Origin: a virus
IMG/VR virus record: IMGVR_UViG_3300027754_000067
Span: 1 to 64,000 of that record
Reading direction: 5' to 3' (one strand)
Length of the DNA: 64,000 bases
The notes beneath the pieces were generated by a model. It had not been told where the DNA came from. It searched no databases and was given only the letters and a program-made list of their open reading frames with translations. A program made the position numbers and the translations under genes. Below are positions 59,977-64,000 of this stretch, one piece after another. The first letter of the stretch is position 1; each line of letters starts with the position of its first letter.

Positions 59977-60984
59977 TTTTTTCCAGTATCCACGGCTAGG
60001 TGTTGGGATATTATATTGGCGGCATCGACGCTCAACAGTCTTTGCTGATACACCATATAATTTCCCAATCTGACTAACAGGAATTTTACAAACTAATAGA
60101 GTTAGTTCTTCACTTGTTATATCAAAAATACGACGTTTTCCCATTCTGCTTTCACTTGCATTTCTTATGGGTATATTATATTTTCGTAATCTATCGCAAA
60201 TGGTCGAAACATCAACATTCAAAATTTTTGCTATATCATGTGTTGATTTTTTAAGAAAAATATATTGCTCATATAGCCAATCCTTGTCAATGCCAGTTAT
60301 CCAACCTGGATGTTTTTCTCCTAGCATTTTTTGTCGACGTTTTTCTATTGTTTTGGCAGATTGTTTTTTTCCAATATGAGTTTTTCTAATTTTTTCTTTT
60401 GTTTGATCGCTGGCTTTTTTTCCAATATTTGCTTTTCTAAGTTTTTCTTTTGCATCATCTGACATAATACGATTTCGACTAGAATCGCCTATTTTTTTCC
60501 TAGTTTCTTCTGTGTGAGTTTTACCTTTCATTGGGCTTTCTTTTCCGTAATATGGATGATCGGAACCTTTTTTATATTGAGTCGATCCTTTTCTTGGCCC
60601 TTTTGGAGAAGAAAAATTCTTTTCTATTGTAGGATTACAATTAAAATTATATACGTTATTTTTTCCATAAGCCAGAATTGCTTCTTTAATCCAATATTCT
60701 TCTCTAGACAATCTCTCCTCTTTTGATGCGCCCTCTAATACATCAATAATATGATATTCCAAAAAATCATCATTTCCCAGCATATCTTTACATTTCTTAT
60801 AATCCGCCAATAAAAAACTATTGGTCTTTCTTCCGTTTGTTAGTGTTTGTTTATGATCTTGCCACCTATTTTTTAATTTACAACTTTGGCCAATGTAACT
60901 TCGATTCGTAACCCTGTTCCGTATCTCATATATCCCAGAATTTGTAAATTTATTGTCGTAAAAAAATAACATCCATATCCCCAT
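59959..60984 (-). CDS. GIY-YIG homing endonuclease with NUMOD3 repeats and HTH domains
   Basis: SGIYEI.N......YIGQS...R..H; GK.HTEETRKKI repeats. Confidence 0.9.
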   Translation of the reverse strand: MGIWMLFFYDNKFTNSGIYEIRNRVTNRSYIGQSCKLKNRWQDHKQTLTNGRKTNSFLLADYKKCKDMLGNDDFLEYHIIDVLEGASKEERLSREEYWIKEAILAYGKNNVYNFNCNPTIEKNFSSPKGPRKGSTQYKKGSDHPYYGKESPMKGKTHTEETRKKIGDSSRNRIMSDDAKEKLRKANIGKKASDQTKEKIRKTHIGKKQSAKTIEKRRQKMLGEKHPGWITGIDKDWLYEQYIFLKKSTHDIAKILNVDVSTICDRLRKYNIPIRNASESRMGKRRIFDITSEELTLLVCKIPVSQIGKLYGVSAKTVERRCRQYNIPTPSRGYWKKSSINL

Positions 60985-61015
60985 ATGGATACATATTTTT
61001 CACCATAAATTTTAT

Positions 61016-64000
61016 TTATGAAATTTTGAATAGTTTATTTTGGAAGCAAGAATATCCAAAATCGCTACGGTCCACGAGCCCTACAATAACATCATTTTCT
61101 TGCACGTTTATCTCACCTTTCCAGCCCCAAATGAAACAAGTATATTCTTTGTTTAGTTCTCCAAACAACCGCAGTTTGACATATTCTTTGTTGGTTTTAG
61201 TAATTGCCTTCGTCGCACCAGCAACGATACCCCAGTAATTTCCTTTTTCACACCAATTATCAATTGATTCAAACCCAAGACTTTCAAGTTTTGCGTGTAC
61301 TTCTGGTGGTACAATTAAGCTAATATCAACAGAGCCTGCTAAATCTTTGGTAAACTCCAGTTTTTCTTTCTTGGTCCAATCTTCCATGGACTGAACATCT
61401 TCAATAGCTTTCTCCAAAAGTTGTGTTATATCATTGTTTTTCTTACGATTTGTGATACGTTTAAATTCATCAAACTTATCGATCAAAACAGAATATAGCT
61501 GCTTGTAATTCTTAAACTGTTTCCCTTCTCCTACTATATCCATAGAACCCATCGCTTCCAGTTTAATCAAAGTTGTAAGAGCACGTTTGTTGAATTTCGT
61601 ATGCCTCCATGTTCCATCTTTATTTACAATTAAATCTCTGACGGAGGTATAAGGACGATAATCTTTAAGCTCTGTTGTAACTGTTTTACCAACATATTTC
61701 ATTGATGAAAAACTTGGAACCAGTGTTTTTTTATTCTCTGTATCGATAATAAACTCATAATCTGACTTATTGATGTCTGCCTTAGAGATCTTATAACCCA
61801 ACATCTTTGCTTCTTTAATTGCAACCATCTTGGGATCTTCCTTCCCAGCTGCTTTTCCTTTGTCGGATGTACAGTAATCAATATATGTTGCTACCCATTC
61901 ATCTTGAAAGTAATGCTGAAGCCAAGCACACTGATAAGCCACGCACGCATAGCAAACACTGTGTGCTTTGTTGAAAGAATATCGAACATATTGCTCCATG
62001 TAATCAAAAATTTTATAAGCTTCTTCTTTTTTAATTTTAGAATGTTCATCGCACCCTTTGGCAAATTCTTCACGCAAACGATTGCGTTCCGCAGCTGATT
62101 TTTCTAGGTTTGATAGATCTCTTTTAGTAAATGCTTTACGAACGTCGTCTGTTTTATCAATTGGAACACCCGCTAGTTTGTTAAAAATAAGCTGGATTTG
62201 TTCTTGGTAAATCAAGACATAGTTTGTTTCGGCCAATACTTGTTCTAGTGCTGGGTGTGGTAATGAAGCTCTTGCTTCTTCAATATCAGTCCGGTTCCGC
62301 AACAGTAGTTTATCGACACCGGCATCTAATGGACCGGGACGAAATGTAGCGGTAATCATTGACAGATCTTCAATTGTCCTTGGCTTTAGCTCTGATGTGA
62401 ATTTTTTCACATTATCTGCAATCCACTGGAATGTACCAACTTCGTTGCTGTTCCAGAAAATATTTTTATAAACAGCTAAATCATCAAGATTGTTATTATC
62501 TGGATGTACGTTCTCATAATACCATTTTGCAATTTCTGCAAACGGCACTGCGTTTTTACCTGTTTGTTTTTTAATGATTCGTTCAATACATTTTTCAAAC
62601 ATGCGTAGAGTGCCAAGTCCGAGAACATCATATTTCAAGACACCAAATGACTCAAGATGTCGATAGTTTTGGCCTTCTGGCCATGGAGTTTGGAACTTAT
62701 TACCAAACTTAATAATTGGCATTTCGTCTTGATTGCCAGTATAAATACCTACGCCAGATGCATGAGTGCTTAATCCACGCACTTGCTTAAAAAGCACTTT
62801 GATAGAAGATTCCAAAACTGGATATTGTTCAATTAATCTGTTGAACGTTGGTGAATACTTCACTGCTTCCTCAAATGTCAGAACCCATGTACCGGCATCA
62901 AAATCTTCTTGTTTTCTAGCAGCTTCCCTAGCCTCTTTTTCTATTTCAAAGGTTGCTTTGTTGATCTCTTCAAACGGCAAGCTATACATACGTGATAGAT
63001 CTTTGATAAGTGATTTAAGCTTAAGTTGGTTAAAGTTAGTCACAGGCACAACTGCACCGCTTCCAAAGTGGTCAGTGATAAGTTTAAGCGCTAATTCTCG
63101 ATCAGCGTAGTCAAGATCAATATCAACAGCCCCAACTTTATGAATTGTAAGCATGCGCTCAAACAAAAGACCGTATTTAATTGGATCAATTTGAGTAATA
63201 TTAAGAACATACAGCACAAGTGATCCTGCTGCTGAGCCACGCCCTGCACCAGTAATCATGTGATTTGTCACAACTTCTAGAATTTTAGCATAAGTTAAGA
63301 AATACTTTTGCATATTAAGATGTTTGATGACATTCAATTCATTCTTTAGTCTATCAATATATTTGTCATCATGATTCTTTTTACGGAATCGCATACCTTT
63401 GATGCAGCGATCAACAAGTTCTTTAAATACTAAATCATCTTCGCTTGCATCAGCGAATTTAGAACGTAAAATCTCAAGACGATCTTTGTCAATAAGCTTG
63501 GTCATGCTAGGATATTTTACGGTTGTATCGAATTTGACATCGCCAATCATTTGATGAGCAATATCATGAGTACGTTCGATAGCATCTTTCATCAATTCAT
63601 CGTCATTATAAACTTCAGGATAAACTTCCTTACAATATCGGATATAAGAATCCCACATTTGATCTTGATTTTTTGGATATAGTTCACATTTAATATCACT
63701 GATAGATTGTGGAATCTTTGCGAGGTCAACCTCACCCTTTGTTTTTGTGGCCCATGCCATAGCTTTATAGATTTCACGTTCCTTCCAATGTGCAGGATCA
63801 GCATAATGTGAATCACATGTCATGACAAGTTTTGTATTTGTGCGCTTAGACGCTTCAATTAAATGATAATTTGAAAGATGCTGTTGTCCAAGACGATTTG
63901 CTTGTAGCTCAATAAAGTAATTCTCTTCTCCAAGAGCATCTTTGAATTGACCGATAACATCTGAAAGTTCTGACTGAATTAGTTCTTTATTTGTGTCATT
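61016..64000 (-). CDS. dnaE: DNA polymerase III alpha subunit (5' end beyond window)
   Basis: PHP TCDSHY, GRGSAAGSLV, DIDLD, KYDVLGL, YQEQ and FNKAHS motifs; frame open to 64000. Confidence 0.95.
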   Translation of the reverse strand, partial: NDTNKELIQSELSDVIGQFKDALGEENYFIELQANRLGQQHLSNYHLIEASKRTNTKLVMTCDSHYADPAHWKEREIYKAMAWATKTKGEVDLAKIPQSISDIKCELYPKNQDQMWDSYIRYCKEVYPEVYNDDELMKDAIERTHDIAHQMIGDVKFDTTVKYPSMTKLIDKDRLEILRSKFADASEDDLVFKELVDRCIKGMRFRKKNHDDKYIDRLKNELNVIKHLNMQKYFLTYAKILEVVTNHMITGAGRGSAAGSLVLYVLNITQIDPIKYGLLFERMLTIHKVGAVDIDLDYADRELALKLITDHFGSGAVVPVTNFNQLKLKSLIKDLSRMYSLPFEEINKATFEIEKEAREAARKQEDFDAGTWVLTFEEAVKYSPTFNRLIEQYPVLESSIKVLFKQVRGLSTHASGVGIYTGNQDEMPIIKFGNKFQTPWPEGQNYRHLESFGVLKYDVLGLGTLRMFEKCIERIIKKQTGKNAVPFAEIAKWYYENVHPDNNNLDDLAVYKNIFWNSNEVGTFQWIADNVKKFTSELKPRTIEDLSMITATFRPGPLDAGVDKLLLRNRTDIEEARASLPHPALEQVLAETNYVLIYQEQIQLIFNKLAGVPIDKTDDVRKAFTKRDLSNLEKSAAERNRLREEFAKGCDEHSKIKKEEAYKIFDYMEQYVRYSFNKAHSVCYACVAYQCAWLQHYFQDEWVATYIDYCTSDKGKAAGKEDPKMVAIKEAKMLGYKISKADINKSDYEFIIDTENKKTLVPSFSSMKYVGKTVTTELKDYRPYTSVRDLIVNKDGTWRHTKFNKRALTTLIKLEAMGSMDIVGEGKQFKNYKQLYSVLIDKFDEFKRITNRKKNNDITQLLEKAIEDVQSMEDWTKKEKLEFTKDLAGSVDISLIVPPEVHAKLESLGFESIDNWCEKGNYWGIVAGATKAITKTNKEYVKLRLFGELNKEYTCFIWGWKGEINVQENDVIVGLVDRSDFGYSCFQNKLFKIS

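Overview
This window is a segment of a large (jumbo-type) bacteriophage genome with three parts. (1) About 1-45.4 kb is an early/accessory region of more than 100 short, + strand genes. Most sit in one-gene cassettes behind a sigma70-type promoter (TTGACN-N17-TANNNT) whose -10 box lies 6 nt before the ATG, which predicts leaderless mRNAs. The region holds many dispersed paralogue families (10 pentapeptide-repeat genes, KGRP-motif proteins, 2 deaminases), 13 copies of a covarying H-type pseudoknot just after stop codons, about 27 copies of a TTTGC(G/C)GCAAA dyad near -60, two tRNA-Leu-like genes, two IS200/IS605 (IscB/omega-type) remnants inserted at ATGAA, at least one promoter-driven structured ncRNA, and a triple array of promoter plus micro-ORF encoding MxKxRDGP peptides. 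(2) About 45.45-46.25 kb is a non-coding repeat-rich junction with a C-rich to G-rich strand switch (candidate origin or packaging/terminus site). (3) About 46.5-64 kb is an AT-rich late-type region of proteins sharing an N-terminal MKLxxILFE tag (candidate capsid-targeting propeptide) on GNAT-, ADP-ribosyltransferase-, zincin-, ParB- and HEAT-like domains, followed by SpeD, a GIY-YIG homing endonuclease and DnaE. All calls come from reading motifs by eye; no database search was run.
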